Of a DNA stretch of 64,000 nt, positions 34,854-47,800 are shown piece after piece. A program made the position numbers and the translations under genes. Source of the stretch: Basidiobolus meristosporus CBS 931.73 (lineage: Eukaryota; Fungi; Basidiobolomycota); NCBI GenBank assembly GCA_002104905.1, contig MCFE01000079.1:1-64000 (forward strand). The letters run 5' to 3'. The notes under the pieces were generated by a model. It made no database searches. It saw only the letters and a program-made list of their open reading frames with translations, and was not told where the DNA came from. Each line of letters begins with the position of its first letter. Position 1 is the stretch's first letter.

Positions 34854-37058
34854 TTAGGCCACCACCGAGTCGATTGGCCGCTGCCAGAAGCGATGCTGCT
34901 TCATGGCCTCCACGAACTCCTTGGCGGCGGTCGTGCCGGAGCTGGGCGAGAATTGGCGTTGAGTTACCACCCCCTGATCGCTGAGGGCTTCCTCGGTGGA
35001 AGAAAGGCGAACGCTGGGCAATTGGCAGCACTTCTCAAGGAACTCCACCCCCTCTCCGGTTGCAATCAGTGGCTTGTAGTGCTTGAACGCCTCGTTGACG
35101 AAGGTGATCGCATCCCCGGATTTCGACAGGGATTGGATATGGCTACCACCTGGAATGAAGACGCCATCGAACATGGTGCTCTTGGAATTGAACCAGGAGA
35201 AGTTGGCATCGATGGTATGACCAGTCAAGCTCTCGCTGTCTTCGGCAAGATTCTCGCTCTTGATCGGGCCCTTGTTGGGGCCGACTAGGAAGGACATGGC
35301 TCCCTCGGCCTTCAGGGCTGCGCGGATGGCATTGAGCTGCACAGAGTCGAACCCATGGCCAACAAGGATTCCGACCTTGCGGGACTTGATGGAATCCTTG
35401 GCGGTATGCTCCTGACTCAATGGTGTGGATTTCGCCCCCTTGTTCTGGGTGACTGGCGCCTTGGGCTCCTCAACACCGATCGCAGGGGCGACCTCTCTCG
35501 CCAGATCGAAGTCGATGTGGTTGAGGAGATCGATCATACGCTCCCTTACTCCCACATCGTCCACTTTGCTCATCTCGAATTTCGCCGCTTTCACCAGGTG
35601 CTCCTTTTCCGCGGCCGAAAGGGAGTTGTAGAAGAGGGTCGCCTGGGAGAAGTAATCCCTGAATTTCGGTCCGCGTGCCCGCACTTTGCTGGCCGCGTTC
35701 CTCTCCGGGTAGGTGACGTAGCCGCCTTCCTGCGCACTAGCCAGTACTGGGCAGCCGTGGCGGTTTGGATGGTAATTGACCGTACTCTTGTTGATGGTCT
35801 GGCGCATGTATCCATCCCGCTGGTTGTTGAACACTGGGCACACCGGTCGGTTGATGGGGAGCTCGTTGTAGTTGGCCCCGCCGAATCGATTGAGCTGGGT
35901 GTCGAGGTAAGAGAACAGACGACCTTGGAGCAGTGGGTCGTTGGAGAAGTCGATCCCCGGCACCACGTTGCTCACACAGTAGGCCACCTGCTCGGTCTCG
36001 GCGAAGTAGTTGTCCGGGTTCCTGTTGAGCACCATCTTGCCGATGTATTTCACCGGGACCAGCTCCTCTGGGATGAGCTTGGTGGCATCCAGGTAGTCGA
36101 AGTCCCACTCCTCCGCCTGCTGCTCCGTGAACACCTGCACACCGAATCTCCATTCGGGATAAACCCCATTCTCGATGGCCTCCCACAAATCCCTACGATG
36201 GAAGTCGGGGTCTTGTCCACCAAGCTTCTGCGCCTCGTCCCAGGCTAGCGAGTGGGTGCCCAAGGTCGGGGTCCAATGGAATTTGACGAAATGCCGCTCA
36301 CCGGCCTCGTTGACGAGCGCGAAGCTATGGACCCCGAAGCCTTGCATCATACGGTAACTTCTTGGGATGGTTCTGTCGGACAGGGCCCACATGGCCATGT
36401 GGGAGGCTTCCGGGGTGAGGGAGATGAAATCCCAGAAGTTGTCGTGGGCGGTCTGGGCCTGGGGCAGTTCGTTATGAGGCTCGGGCTTGCCCGCGTGGAT
36501 GACGTCGGGGAATTTGATGGCATCCTGGATGAAGAAGACCGGGATGTTGTTTCCCACCAGATCCCAGTTCCCCTCGTCGGTGTAGAACCGCACGGCGAAC
36601 CCTCGAACGTCGCGTACAGTGTCGGCCGACCCTTTGGATCCCAGCACGGTGGAGAATCGGGTGAACACCGGGGTTCTGCGGGAGGTCTCGGTGAGGACTT
36701 TGGCTTTGGTGTACTGTGCGATGGACTCGTCGAGCTCGAAGTATCCATGTGCCGCCGCACCGCGCGCGTGGACCACTCGCTCTGGTATGCGTTCGTGGTC
36801 GAAGTGGGTGATCTTCTCACGAAGGTGGAAATCCTCGAGTAGGGTGGGCCCCCGTTCCCCCAATTTGAGGGAGTCGTCGGTGTGGTTGATACGGGTGCCG
36901 AATTGGGTGGTGATGTAATGGTTTGGCTGGGAATCATCCACCCGGTGGGCCTCCAGACATCTATCTTTCTTGTCGGCCATCATAGAGGATAGGGAGGTGG
37001 TGGCTTTCTCCTTGGAGGAGGTGATGAATTCTTTGGTTCTCTCGGCGATGTTCTCCAT
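34854..37058 (-). CDS. catA: Large-subunit (clade 2) monofunctional catalase with C-terminal DJ-1/PfpI-like domain, CatA/L1-like, intronless
   Basis: FDHERIPERVVHARG (distal His), RFSTVLGSKGSADTVRDVRGFA, VGNNIPVFF, RLFSYLDTQ (proximal Tyr), C-terminal FDGVFIPGG; no signal peptide. Confidence 0.95.
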   Translation of the reverse strand: MENIAERTKEFITSSKEKATTSLSSMMADKKDRCLEAHRVDDSQPNHYITTQFGTRINHTDDSLKLGERGPTLLEDFHLREKITHFDHERIPERVVHARGAAAHGYFELDESIAQYTKAKVLTETSRRTPVFTRFSTVLGSKGSADTVRDVRGFAVRFYTDEGNWDLVGNNIPVFFIQDAIKFPDVIHAGKPEPHNELPQAQTAHDNFWDFISLTPEASHMAMWALSDRTIPRSYRMMQGFGVHSFALVNEAGERHFVKFHWTPTLGTHSLAWDEAQKLGGQDPDFHRRDLWEAIENGVYPEWRFGVQVFTEQQAEEWDFDYLDATKLIPEELVPVKYIGKMVLNRNPDNYFAETEQVAYCVSNVVPGIDFSNDPLLQGRLFSYLDTQLNRFGGANYNELPINRPVCPVFNNQRDGYMRQTINKSTVNYHPNRHGCPVLASAQEGGYVTYPERNAASKVRARGPKFRDYFSQATLFYNSLSAAEKEHLVKAAKFEMSKVDDVGVRERMIDLLNHIDFDLAREVAPAIGVEEPKAPVTQNKGAKSTPLSQEHTAKDSIKSRKVGILVGHGFDSVQLNAIRAALKAEGAMSFLVGPNKGPIKSENLAEDSESLTGHTIDANFSWFNSKSTMFDGVFIPGGSHIQSLSKSGDAITFVNEAFKHYKPLIATGEGVEFLEKCCQLPSVRLSSTEEALSDQGVVTQRQFSPSSGTTAAKEFVEAMKQHRFWQRPIDSVVA

Positions 37059-37106
37059 GAGGGATGGGTTTCAATGATACTACCCAACCGACGTGCGATC
37101 GGCCGC

Positions 37107-37113
37107 TTATATA
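37107..37113 (-). promoter_or_regulatory. Candidate TATA box of the catalase
   Basis: TATATAA on the minus strand, ~50 nt upstream of the ATG at 37058. Confidence 0.5.
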
Positions 37114-38799
37114 GCTGCTCCCTCCACTCTCCATAAATTGCCAACCCCCGCCCGGTTGACATCATGTCGATGGAATCGGTGCCCCGCCCACTTGATACGT
37201 TCGAAATCGTTCGATTCACCACACCACGACTAGGACGTGTACACGCATACACATTACCGTGACGATCAGAGGACATCAGTTTTAATGAAGGCCGTCATGT
37301 ACGGTCGTGTGTGATGTAAGGTAGATTCGTAGTTAGGTGGCCAGGTGATATCACTCCACCCACTACCCAGCATCACGCAGACCGATTCGATGAATAGATC
37401 GGCCAACTGATGAAATCCCGCCACCATTTAAGGAGGGAGGGTGTGCCACGACATGGTTACGTAGATATCGATCGATGATTCTTAAGACCAATGATAGATG
37501 ATTGGGGTAGTGGTTGAGTCCCCCCCCTTCCCACTTAGTCACCTTGGTCTAGCTATTTGGTGGCATCTTGGAGGAAGCGCTGCGCCCGTGAGTGGGTTGG
37601 TAACCAATGTTTCGCATGTTGGGGCGAAGCAATGGTGACTTCCTCCATATCTCGAGCGGAGATCAAGCTGTAAGCAACCAACAAACAAATCCGAATCCAA
37701 GGAGGTGTACATGTAAGTCATGGGTTCTCCGGCATAGATCTGATGATCTCCACTCCCTCCTTGATGGCTATCATGACTTCTCTGAATGGTATGAGTGAGT
37801 CGGCGGGGGGGGGTAACTCAGTTGGTAGGTTCGTATGGATCGGATGTGAGGTTCTTTCATTGGGGGGGGGGTGAGAATGCTCACTATCGCTGAAATGATG
37901 GTCTAGATGGCTTCGCCTAGGATGGTGACTTCGTCCCATTTATCCATTCTGGGATTTGGTGGCACATGGTGGTGATTGATCATTCATTTTTCACACGAAA
38001 CCATAAGATACCGCCTCCACCCCCACTCAATATATTCCGACAACTCCGATAAGCTGGATGGGCATCACCAGGGACCAGTGCGACGTCATCGGACTTGTAC
38101 TGTCCTGGCTAGATGTAGACCGATTGTCTGGCTGTCTAATGGCGCTCTCCTGTCAATTACGTTCTGATGCAGGATTTCCTGTATGATCACCCAGTCTCCC
38201 CTACAGTACCTCTGGGGTGGTACTTGACTCCATGACAACCCCCCCCCAAAAAAAACCATCCTGTCTGAAAAACGTCCATTCTACAGGGCCAGGCTTAGAC
38301 CCAAACAATAGTTTAGCTGCTTGTAAAGGCTCCCTATGGAAGATCGCATACTTGGAATTCATCTGACAATCCGCAGGTATTCTGCTCGTATCCCGATGGA
38401 ATTTTGCTGGCATCCAGCCAGTGTTTTCCCCTCAAACTTTTGGTTGTGATCCTTTGTGGAAGTAGTGAGTGGCTGATTACCAAATTTGACACCAACGCTA
38501 GTTGGCCTAGTCCCCTCTAGAATATACGTTGGCCTGTCTGCCAAATAGTTAGTACCTCAGATATTGAGAGTTGTGGGTTTAGAGAAACTTGGAATTCTTC
38601 TGAGAAGAAGGTGTTGTTCTGCTGACCTTTAGGTAGTTGTTTCTTAGAGGTTACTCATGACTGCACAATGTCTGTAGCAGAAACTTAGGTGTGCTGCTCA
38701 AGGATTGTCTACACTTGCCTTTATGATTGAACTCTGAGCAATCACTTGGTGAGGCCTATGGCTAGTAGAGTTAGCAAGCATTGATGGGAATAGGGGTGA

Positions 38800-39986
38800 T
38801 CAGGTTTCCAAATGAATAGAGGTACTGGAGCTCATCAACTACAGATGTTTGATTTTCCCCAGGCATGGCTGCACTTCCAACTCTTGCAAAAACAGCTGTT
38901 TTCTTGCTGGTATATCTTCCTGGCTATGATGGAATTCAGTCTGTTCTGGGCTTGTGGCATTGTTTGGCAAGATCTACAGCTTTTTTCTCATACTTTCCTG
39001 TCTCTGGCTTGGGTAGACTTTTCCCCTCACCTTCTCCTTTATCACTGCCAGCTTTTTCACTGCTGCTTTGTCTAAGTACTTCTTATATTGACCTATGTTT
39101 TCTCCTTGATAAATACTGCTCTAATGCATCTGTCTTGGCCTGCTTGTCCCTTACTGGCACTCTGCAGGCAGCCTGATGCTTCTTTCCCACTGGTTTCAAG
39201 ATCTCAGTGCATACTGTGATGGGCACCTGATGTAGTTGCCAGTTTTTATCACTGCCAGGTCCTTTGCTGCTGCTTTGAATATGCTCTTCTTGAGTGGAAC
39301 TACATTTTTTCTTGATAAATGTTGTGGTGGTGCATATGTGTCTGCCTGCTTTTCCTCTATTGGCACTCTTCCAGCTACTTGATGTCTCTTTGACACTTGT
39401 TTTGAGCTTTGGCCCAGCTTGTAACAGGCTCTTGAGGAAGCTGCTGGCTTTTAGCCATTGCACCCATATTCTTCTGCCTTTGGTAGTTTCTACCATTCTT
39501 GAGATACTTTCTTGCCATACTAATGCTGGCCCAAAATCTTTTTGCTTGTTTGAATCCAGCATAATGTGCATGGAACAAATTAAGCGCATTCTGCTTGGCC
39601 TTGAGTTCCTGATGGTCCCCTGGTATGCCAGCCTTAAGGTGTTGGTGTACTAGACTTCCAACAGCCTCTTGAATACTAGTCCACTCTTCATATTTGCACT
39701 CAGTGGCTTCAAGGAGTTTCAATGTCTTTTGATTTGTAGGCTTTGGTATATTCACAACATTTTCTCTCTCCCATGCTGTGATAGGTTTTTCTGTGGGCTT
39801 TATCTTTGATCACTGTTGTTTTGCTTCAAAGGCTGTGAGGTGTTCCTTTGCTGTTACATTGGGAAATGACTCAATTCTTGGATGAGACATTGAGCTACTT
39901 GAGTTCCTTCTTTGCAGCAAGGATACTGCTTTCTCTATATGGGATATTGATTGCACTACACAGATTTTCCACTCATTCTGCCTCTT
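38800..39986 (-). mobile_element. Decayed segments of the host DNA-transposon family (Lys-rich second-ORF region), inverted relative to 48380-49800
   Basis: Reverse-complement similarity to 48900-49700 (e.g. GKAGRHICTTTT.IK.KCSSTQEEH.QSSSKGPGSDK in both). Continues on the far side of the Copia insertion at 44095. Confidence 0.75.
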
Positions 39987-40041
39987 TGTTGTAAGAGTCT
40001 TGGAGATATTGGAAGTGTTTGAGAGGACAAGTAGATTATGT
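39987..40041 (-). repeat. Truncated 3' LTR (last 55 bp only)
   Basis: Matches 43747-43801 with 3 mismatches in 55 nt; fused directly to the start of RNase H. Confidence 0.88.
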
Positions 40042-40049
40042 ATATATTA

Positions 40050-43000
40050 CTCTGCCTCTGTGGTTGAAAGTGCTACGGTTCATTGCTTTCTTGAATTCCA
40101 TGAAATTGCTCCTTTACAATAAAGAAAGGTGTATCCTGTGGTGGATCTTCTGTCTTCCAAATTTTGTCCCCAATCAGCATCAGAGTATCCCACAAGATCC
40201 TGTTCTGAATCCTTGTAAGTGTATCTTAAGCAGATATCAGCAGTTCCTTTTAGGTATCTAAAAATCCGCTTAACTGCTGCAATATGATCAGATCCATAGT
40301 TCTGATTATGTTGGCTGACAACTCCCACTGAATATGAGATATCTGGACGTGTTCCAAGCATGATATACATCAGACTGCCGACCATAGATTGATAAGGAAA
40401 GTCAGGGCTTTCAGATGGCACCAAGCTCTCTTGATTTGGTTGAGTTTTGACCAAGTTAAGGTTTGTCTCCATTGGGGTAGCTGCCGGTTTACAGTCTTCC
40501 ATTTTGTACTTCTTTAGTATATCTTGAATACACTTGGATTGACTTAGGGTGATAGTCTGGGTACTTCTGTCTATGGAGAACTTAATCCCTAAGTAGTAAC
40601 TAAGTTCTCCTAGATTGGACATCTTGAACTCCTTAGATAGGCTGGATTTAGTCTCTTCCAATGTTTCTAGATTATTGGTGGCTATAATAAGATCATCCAC
40701 ATAGAGAGCTAATAGAACTGGATTTGCTCTATCTGGCTTATAGTATATACTATAGTCAGCATTACTCCTTTTGAAACTCAAAGATTCCAAATAAGAATCT
40801 ATCTTGCAATTCCAGGCTCTTGGTGATTGTTTGAGACCATATAGTGACTTTTTAAGCTTGCAGACCAAATGGGGGTTATCTTGGTCAACAAACCCATCAG
40901 GCTGGTCCATATACACATCCTCATCAAGTTCTCCATTCAAAAATGCAGCATTTACATCCATTTGATGAGTAAAAAACTTATATTTGGCTGCAATAGCCAA
41001 TATTAATCTGATGGAATTAAACTTGGCTACCAGTGCAAAGGTCTCAGTATGGTCAAGTCCTTTTGTTTGAGAGTATCCTTTGGCTACAAGTCTTGCTTTG
41101 TATCTTTCAATTGTACCATCAGCCTTGTATTTTGTCTTGAAGACCCATCTGCATCCAATTGATTTTTGGTTGATTGGTAATTTGACTAAGTCCCAAGTTT
41201 GATTTTCCATCAAGGCCTGATATTCCTCAGTCATTGCAGATCTCCAAAACTTCATCTGAGGTCTATTTAGGGCCTCTTTTACAGTCTGGGGCTCATCAAC
41301 ATGGACTGAATAGGCATAGGCTAAGTGTGTACCCTCATTGATATAGTAATTTGGGCCATATCTTGTCTGATTTGACCTCTGGGTATTTGATACTGGAATG
41401 ATCACTTCTGGGATATTCCTGGGCACTGATTCTGGCTGAACCACGGTTGCAGAGTCCTCTAGAGTGAAAAAGATTTTCATTGTTTTGCTCTGATTCAATC
41501 CTGACAATTGGTGGACTTGAGATCAAATTTTTGTCATCATCTGATGTCATTTTTTGTGAAAAATTTGAATTTTCATCAAACAACACATGCCTGGACTTGA
41601 TCAGCTTCTTGGCTTTGGTATTATAGAGTCTGTATGCCTTACTCTCATTGCAGTAGCCCAAAAATATGCACTTTACACTTTTTGGCTCAAATTTTGACTG
41701 ATTGCTGGCCAATATGCATTTTTCACTTTTTGGCTCAAATTTTGACTGATTTCCGGCCAGTTTCTTGGCATATGCTGTACACCCAAATATTCTTAGATGT
41801 TCTGCACTTGGTCTGTATCCATACCATGCTTCAAATGGAGTAGAATCACAAAGTATTCTGTTATAACTCCTATTTTTAAGGTATACAGCTGTGGCAACTG
41901 ATTCCACCCAAAAATCATAGGATAATTTTTGATCATGGATCATAGATCTTGCCATATCAATTATTGATCTGTTAGCTTGTTCTGCTACTCTATTTTGCTG
42001 TGGGGAGTATGGTACAGTAGTCTCTTGCTTTATCCCATGAATTTTGCGGAAGTGGATGAAGAGTTTTGAGGTATATTCTCCACCATTGTCAGAGCCTATT
42101 TTCTTGATTTTTTCACCAGTTTCTCTCTCCACCATAGCTTTAAACTCCCTGAACTTAGACAGAGCTTCTTCCTTTCTCTCCATGAAGTAGACCCATGTAT
42201 ATCTTGTATAATCATCAATAAAAGTAATTAAATACTTCATCCCACCTCAGAATAATTTTGCATAGGTCCACACAGATCTGAGTGAATTAGATCTAGTTTT
42301 TTCTTAGTTTTGATTAACCCAGAGCTCTTGAACAGTTGTCTGGCTTGTTTCCCATATATGCAGGCTTCACAGTGCTCCAAATTAGCTGGGGGACCAATTT
42401 TCACTTCAGAAATTAGCTAATCTTTGATCATTTTACACAAATTATCAAAATTGATGTGTCCAAATCTCCTGTGGCAAAGCATTGGTGCTTCTTCATTTAA
42501 GTTACTTATATTGGCTTCCAGATATGATGGAATATAAGTCAACTTGTATAGATTCTGATCTCTGATGCCCAAAGCAATATGAGCACCATTTTGCTCAGTG
42601 ATCCTGCATCCAGAATTGTCAAAACTGAAACTGAGTCCTTCTGCTGTGGCCTTGCTTACAGATAGTAGGTTCTTAGCTATTTCTGGTACATAGAGTACTT
42701 CTTTAAAGGTCAGTGTATGGCTTCCTTCACTGCTTCTAAGGTTTACTTGGATAGTCCCTTTTCCCACTGCATCAAGTGTTCTATTGTCACCCATGAAAAC
42801 CTTCTTAATTGGAATCTCTTGATTTTGGGTAAAAAGTTCTTTTTGGTGTGTAAAGTGTTGATAAGCTCCAGAGTCAATATACCACATCTGAGAATCCTTG
42901 TTTGTGGTCATATTTAGTGCAGATATGAATAGTCTATCTTCAGTTGTTGCAGCATTTCCATATTCAAGCTTCTTTTGCTGATTATCTTTCTTTTTGAGAC

Positions 43001-43715
43001 ACTGGTCTGATGTATGTCCTTTCCTTTTGCAGTAGTTACAAAACAGGTTGCTGTTGCCTTTGTAGGGTCTTGGGTACCTCCTTTGTTGGTTATCATTGCT
43101 TATTATAGCATTTTCTTCTTCCTTCTTATAAGCGCTTGATTTTCTTAATTCTTCATCCAGGAGCCTTCCATATACGTAATTTAAGGTCAAATCATCAGTT
43201 CTGTACTCTAGGGCTGATACAAGGCCCTCAAACCTGTCTGTCAGGCTATTCAGGATGCTAAACTTCACATCCTCATCAGTAGTTGGTATGCCCACAGATT
43301 CCATCTCATCAACCAGCAGGGTAATTCTGTTAATTAGATTTTTCATTTCTTTTCCTGGCAGCATCTTTGTAGTAAAGAATTTTTGTCTCAGATACATCTT
43401 CTTGGCAGCTGAACATGACTGGCAGGTGTCTTCTAATGCTTTCCAGGCATTCTTTGCCGTTTTTGCTCTTGAGCATTGAATTAGCAATTTGTCCTTGACA
43501 TTAAGGCAAATGCAGTTAAAGGCACTTTGTTCTTTCTTCTGGTACTTTAAGGCTTCCTCTCCCACATTTTTAAGAGGGCATTCTTCTCCTATGACAATAT
43601 CCCAAAGGCCTCTTTCTTGTAGCAGCATCTTCATCTTCACCTTCCACACTTGGTAGTTAGAACCATCCAGCTTTTCAGCAGAGGGAAAAATTCCAGTAAT
43701 AGCAGTAGTAGACAT
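40050..43715 (-). pseudogene. Copia gag-pol, disrupted
   Basis: KLDGSNYQVW (gag), CNYCKRKGHTSDQC knuckle, WYIDSGA protease, HRRFGH, FIDDYTR/SDNGGEY integrase, QMDVNAAFLNG/YVDDL RT. Stops and frameshifts, a ~45-nt tandem duplication at ~41670-41760, and RNase H truncated after RKQ*TVALSTTEAE*. Confidence 0.92.
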
Positions 43716-43733
43716 TGCAGAGAGTGACAGCTT

Positions 43734-43746
43734 GGGGCTTATAACC
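43734..43746 (-). promoter_or_regulatory. Primer-binding site GGTTATAAGCCCC (variant of the copia-type GGTTATGGGCCC tRNA-iMet half-molecule PBS)
   Basis: Directly abuts the LTR end CAACA; gag ATG follows at 43715. Confidence 0.75.
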
Positions 43747-44094
43747 TGTTGTAAGAGTCTTGGAGATATTGGAAGTGATTGGGAGAACAAGTAGATTATG
43801 TGTTTTCACTTAATGATTTATTGAATGTAAAAGTAGTATTTATACTTTTACCTGGTCTTGGCATTACAAACACGTAGAATAGGTTAAGGAAGGTCCCAAA
43901 AACATGTGTGCAAAGTTTAGGGTTGTTTGGACAACTTTGAGAATTTTCATGTTCTGGGTACCTGGTATTTTGGTGAAAATATTCTAAGTAATTCCTGACA
44001 AGGAATTTGGTCAGTATTTTTTAGGATTTGAGGGTAATGATCCAAGTGACTAAGTTAGGTGAATATTTAGGTGGAATTATGAGTTTTTGCAACA
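43747..44094 (-). repeat. 5' LTR (348 bp) of the Copia element
   Basis: Starts TGTTGCAAAAACTC and ends CTCTTACAACA on the minus strand; immediately followed by the PBS. Confidence 0.9.
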
Positions 44095-44853
44095 CTCTTG
44101 ACTATTTAGTAATTTCTCTGGGTCATTGCATCTATCTTATCAGCCACTGTACCTAACTGCCTCATTAATGCTGTGGTATAAGCTGACAACACACTTGCTA
44201 ATATGGGTGGTGGTGATGTTATGACAGCCACTTTCTGGCCTTCAACCCAGGGCACTGTATTTGCTACATTTTCATTTGCCTGATAATTATGGTTCACCAT
44301 CAGCTTCACAGAAATTCTCATTTACCAACTTGACTGGAAGCCTGAGGATTCTTCAATATTACCTTAAGTAGGTACACTGACATCATGGTTTTTTTTGGAT
44401 ATAGCCCAGCTTGTTGTACAGAATGTCAGAGCAAGCTGTTGTCCACTGTTCTTCTGCTGCTGTCAATGGTGGGGTTTTGTTGGGAACCATACAACTATGC
44501 ATTATTTTTTTACACTCATCCTGTTTCTGGAACATTTCCAGACTTCTCTGAGCTATTGTATCTATCCAATCAGCCACTGTACCAAATTGCCTCATCCATG
44601 GTTTGGTATGAGCTGAAAGCATACTTGCTAATACAAGTGGTGGTAGTGTTATGATGGCCACTTGCTGGTCTTCAACTGAATGTGCCGCTTTTGTACATTG
44701 CCATCTGCCTCAGGATTATGGGCAACTTGCAGCTCTGCAGATATTCCCAATTGCCTACTTGACTGAGAGCCTGCGGAGTCCACATTATTACTTTCAGTGG
44801 GCACACTGTTCACAGGGTTTTTGTTGGTTGTAGCCCTGCTTGTTACACTGAAA
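44095..44853 (-). mobile_element. Two further partial, tandem copies of the host element second-ORF region
   Basis: VAVITSPPPILASVLSAYT..MRQLGTVAD (44106-44321) and ITLPPLVLASMLSAHT..MRQFGTVAD (44383-44661) match 48420-48956. Confidence 0.7.
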
Positions 44854-47800
44854 GTCAAACCGCATGAAAATTAATTTGGTCCCATGGGTGGATCCAATCC
44901 AGATGAGTTGTCAAGATCCCATCTGAAGGCAGCTATAATACCAGCAGCTTGGAATAAATGACTATCTACACAACTTTGTGACAGGATCACAACAATGTTT
45001 TGCTAATCTTACACCAAAATGATGCTCATAAAATATAGCAGTGTTTGTACAGTGCTTTGCCAAGGATGGCATGGCATTGTTGCAGTTTAACACGCTTCAC
45101 AACTATCTGAGTTAATCTAACCAGCCAGTACATCCCATTACCTTATAAGGTAAAGAATTTGATGGTGACTTGACAGCCTCTTTGCAAGCCTCTGATGGCA
45201 TTATCATGGCAGTATGGCAGCCTACAGCTAGTTCTGTATAATGCCACCTTACTAAATTACCAAATGGTGTTTCCTTTTTCTACTGCCCCATGTGCAATTC
45301 ATATATTCACTGTAGTATCACCCCGGTTTAGTTGCTCATCCACAACTACCTTGGGTAATCTACATAGAATTCAAATCAAAAAATACTATGTCCTCCCACT
45401 TACTAACCTCTATAAATGTACACACCTGCTACAATTGGCATACTTCTATCACCTCAACCTTTCAGCTTTTTAGTGAGATGCTTTCAAAGTTGCCATTTAC
45501 CTTGTATTGCTGGTAACATATATCCAGAATACCCAAAAAGAACCTTTTGGTATTTAGCCAATAGACTTGTTCCGTTGGATAGTGCCACATTGAGCCATGA
45601 GTGCCAAATGATGCCATAGTGTACCAGAGAGGCCAAATGAGCCTATTCTTGGCCACAGAGTGTGAAACAGAGCTTTGCATCTTCATGCAAAGTAGCCCCC
45701 GGGCTTCACCCATGATGTAGGAGAAAATCCATTTTTTGATGTTTTTTTGTGGATCAATGTTGTGCAGAATGTGTAAGAGAACAGAAGAACTGAAGACATG
45801 CATCAGGTACGCAATACCCATGGCACTCTGAATCTAGCTCCTGTGGCTTGTAGCATGTCACAAAAATGCATGGCACTATCTTAGTCCACTGGTACTGTCT
45901 GGCACTATAATTGCTTTGTATAGATCTTACTTTAGGGCTAATAATTAAATACAGTGCCAGAGAGTACCAGTGGACCAAGATAGTGCCATGCATTTTTGTG
46001 ACATGCTACAAGCCACAGGAGCTAGATTCAGAGCGCCATTAGTATTGAGTACCTGATGCATGTCTTCAATCCTTTTGTGCTCTTACTTATCCTGCACAAC
46101 ATTGACCTAAAAAAAAAGGTCAAAAAATGGATTTTCTCAAACACAATGAGTGAAACACAGGGGCAGCTTTGCATGAAGATGCAGAGCTCTGTTTCACACT
46201 CTGTGGCCAAGAATAGGCTCATTTGGCCTCCCTGGCACACTATGGCATCATTTGGCACTCATGGCTCAATGTGGCACTATCCAATGGAACAAGTCTAATA
46301 TATTCCTTCTCCCAAGCAAGCAAGGTCCAGTATTCTCAACACACCAAGCAAGATGGAGTAGCAAATGGATACAGTAGCAGCAGAGATCTATGTGTTCAGC
46401 TGTATGCTTGTGGTATAGCTGCTCAAGTCCCATCACAAACCACTTGATCAAAAGCTGTAGATTGGTCAAGTTGGCATTGGTAATCCACTTCTGGATTAAG
46501 ATTCCTACAATGTCCACATATCAGTCCAAATGTGTCCAATATACTCTTGGTAGAAATGGCTTCAGAAGGCCACTCAAATAATACATATCCAGTTCATCCA
46601 GTCCTTGCACTTAAATTGTTGCATATGCATATGAATATTGATTGCAGCTAGTGAGAAGTACTTAGGGTAGCAGATACATTGTAATGTCTTGCCAACTCTT
46701 TCAAATTTCTCTGGTATCTCAAAGGGCTCATTTAGCTTGAAATGCCCCCTGTACAACCTGGTCATCAGTATCGGGATATTGCTGTAAAGCAAATGCATTG
46801 CTCCCAGTGGAAAGCTTTTGCACTAACATATACCCTCTATCCTAAGTATATCTGGTTTCTAATTAATTCCATATTCTGGCAAATGGCTTACAGCTTGCCA
46901 ACTTTGCTGCAATTGCATGCTGACTTTGGTACATTCTCTAGGTGTAAAGATGATGTTCTTAGTGTTGGTGTTTGGGTAAGGGTAATGTGTGTGAGTTATG
47001 GAGTAGGTCCCCTGCATCTCACACATTTGACAGCAAAACCATACATTGTGCCCAGAAAAGCCAGCTATCTTGATGGTGGCTGCAGTATCTCCAATGCAGA
47101 TAATAATATGCGCTTTTACATGACAGCCATTTGCTGTTTTCTCACTGGAAAGCATACAAACTCATCCAGCAATGGATACAGGGAGCCTTCCAGGCTAGAT
47201 GGTAATTTAGGCACAGATGCCAGTGAGACTACCATTCCATTTTGGCTCTGATACCGTAAGATAGGTGGCAGATTCATGTTGATGAGAATTAGTGGCCAGC
47301 AGAATTTGCCAGTAGAGTACTTCCTTAATGAGAATCCATCAGGTGCCAATGCAATGGCATAGTCATACATACCTTCAAAGTAGCCCTTGCTTATTAGCTC
47401 TTTGATATTCTTGCCACTTAATATATCTGGTATATTTGCACTTAGTTGATGCTGAATGCTGTACTTTATAGCTTCACAATATCTGTTGCACTGCATGAGC
47501 TTCTTTTTGTGGGGTGTTACCAGAATATATCTGGAGTGTGAACAAGGTTTTCCCCCAATGGTGGTGGATTCCTGACAACCTGGACACCTTGCAATGGTTA
47601 CATTTTCTGATGTGAATGCTATGCAACTCTTGACATGTGCTGTTATCAGGATGGTCTTTGGGCCATATGTGACAAGCATATAATGATTTTCCATTTATAC
47701 CATACACATGGTAAGTTGCATCCTAAAATGATTTGGCAAGAGATAGTAGTAAATACTCAAACCCCCCTTACTGCTATGAGTGAAAATATGCAACTTCTCT

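Larger units (their letters stand above)
39987..44094 (-). mobile_element. Ty1/Copia LTR retrotransposon, defective, with 5-bp TSD CTCTT
   Basis: CTCTT at 39982-39986 and 44095-44099. Termini TGTTG...CAACA. Domain order gag-PR-IN-RT. Flanks rejoin into a sequence continuous with 48840-49030. Confidence 0.93.

Noticed and set aside
34764-36937. Long antisense and alternate-frame ORFs over the catalase (e.g. 35355-36248, 36252-36842)
   Set aside because: Expected shadows of a GC-rich coding sequence with biased codons; no recognisable motifs.
38170-38560. Possible solo LTR at the island/repeat boundary
   Set aside because: No second copy, clear TG..CA ends or TSD could be established within the window.
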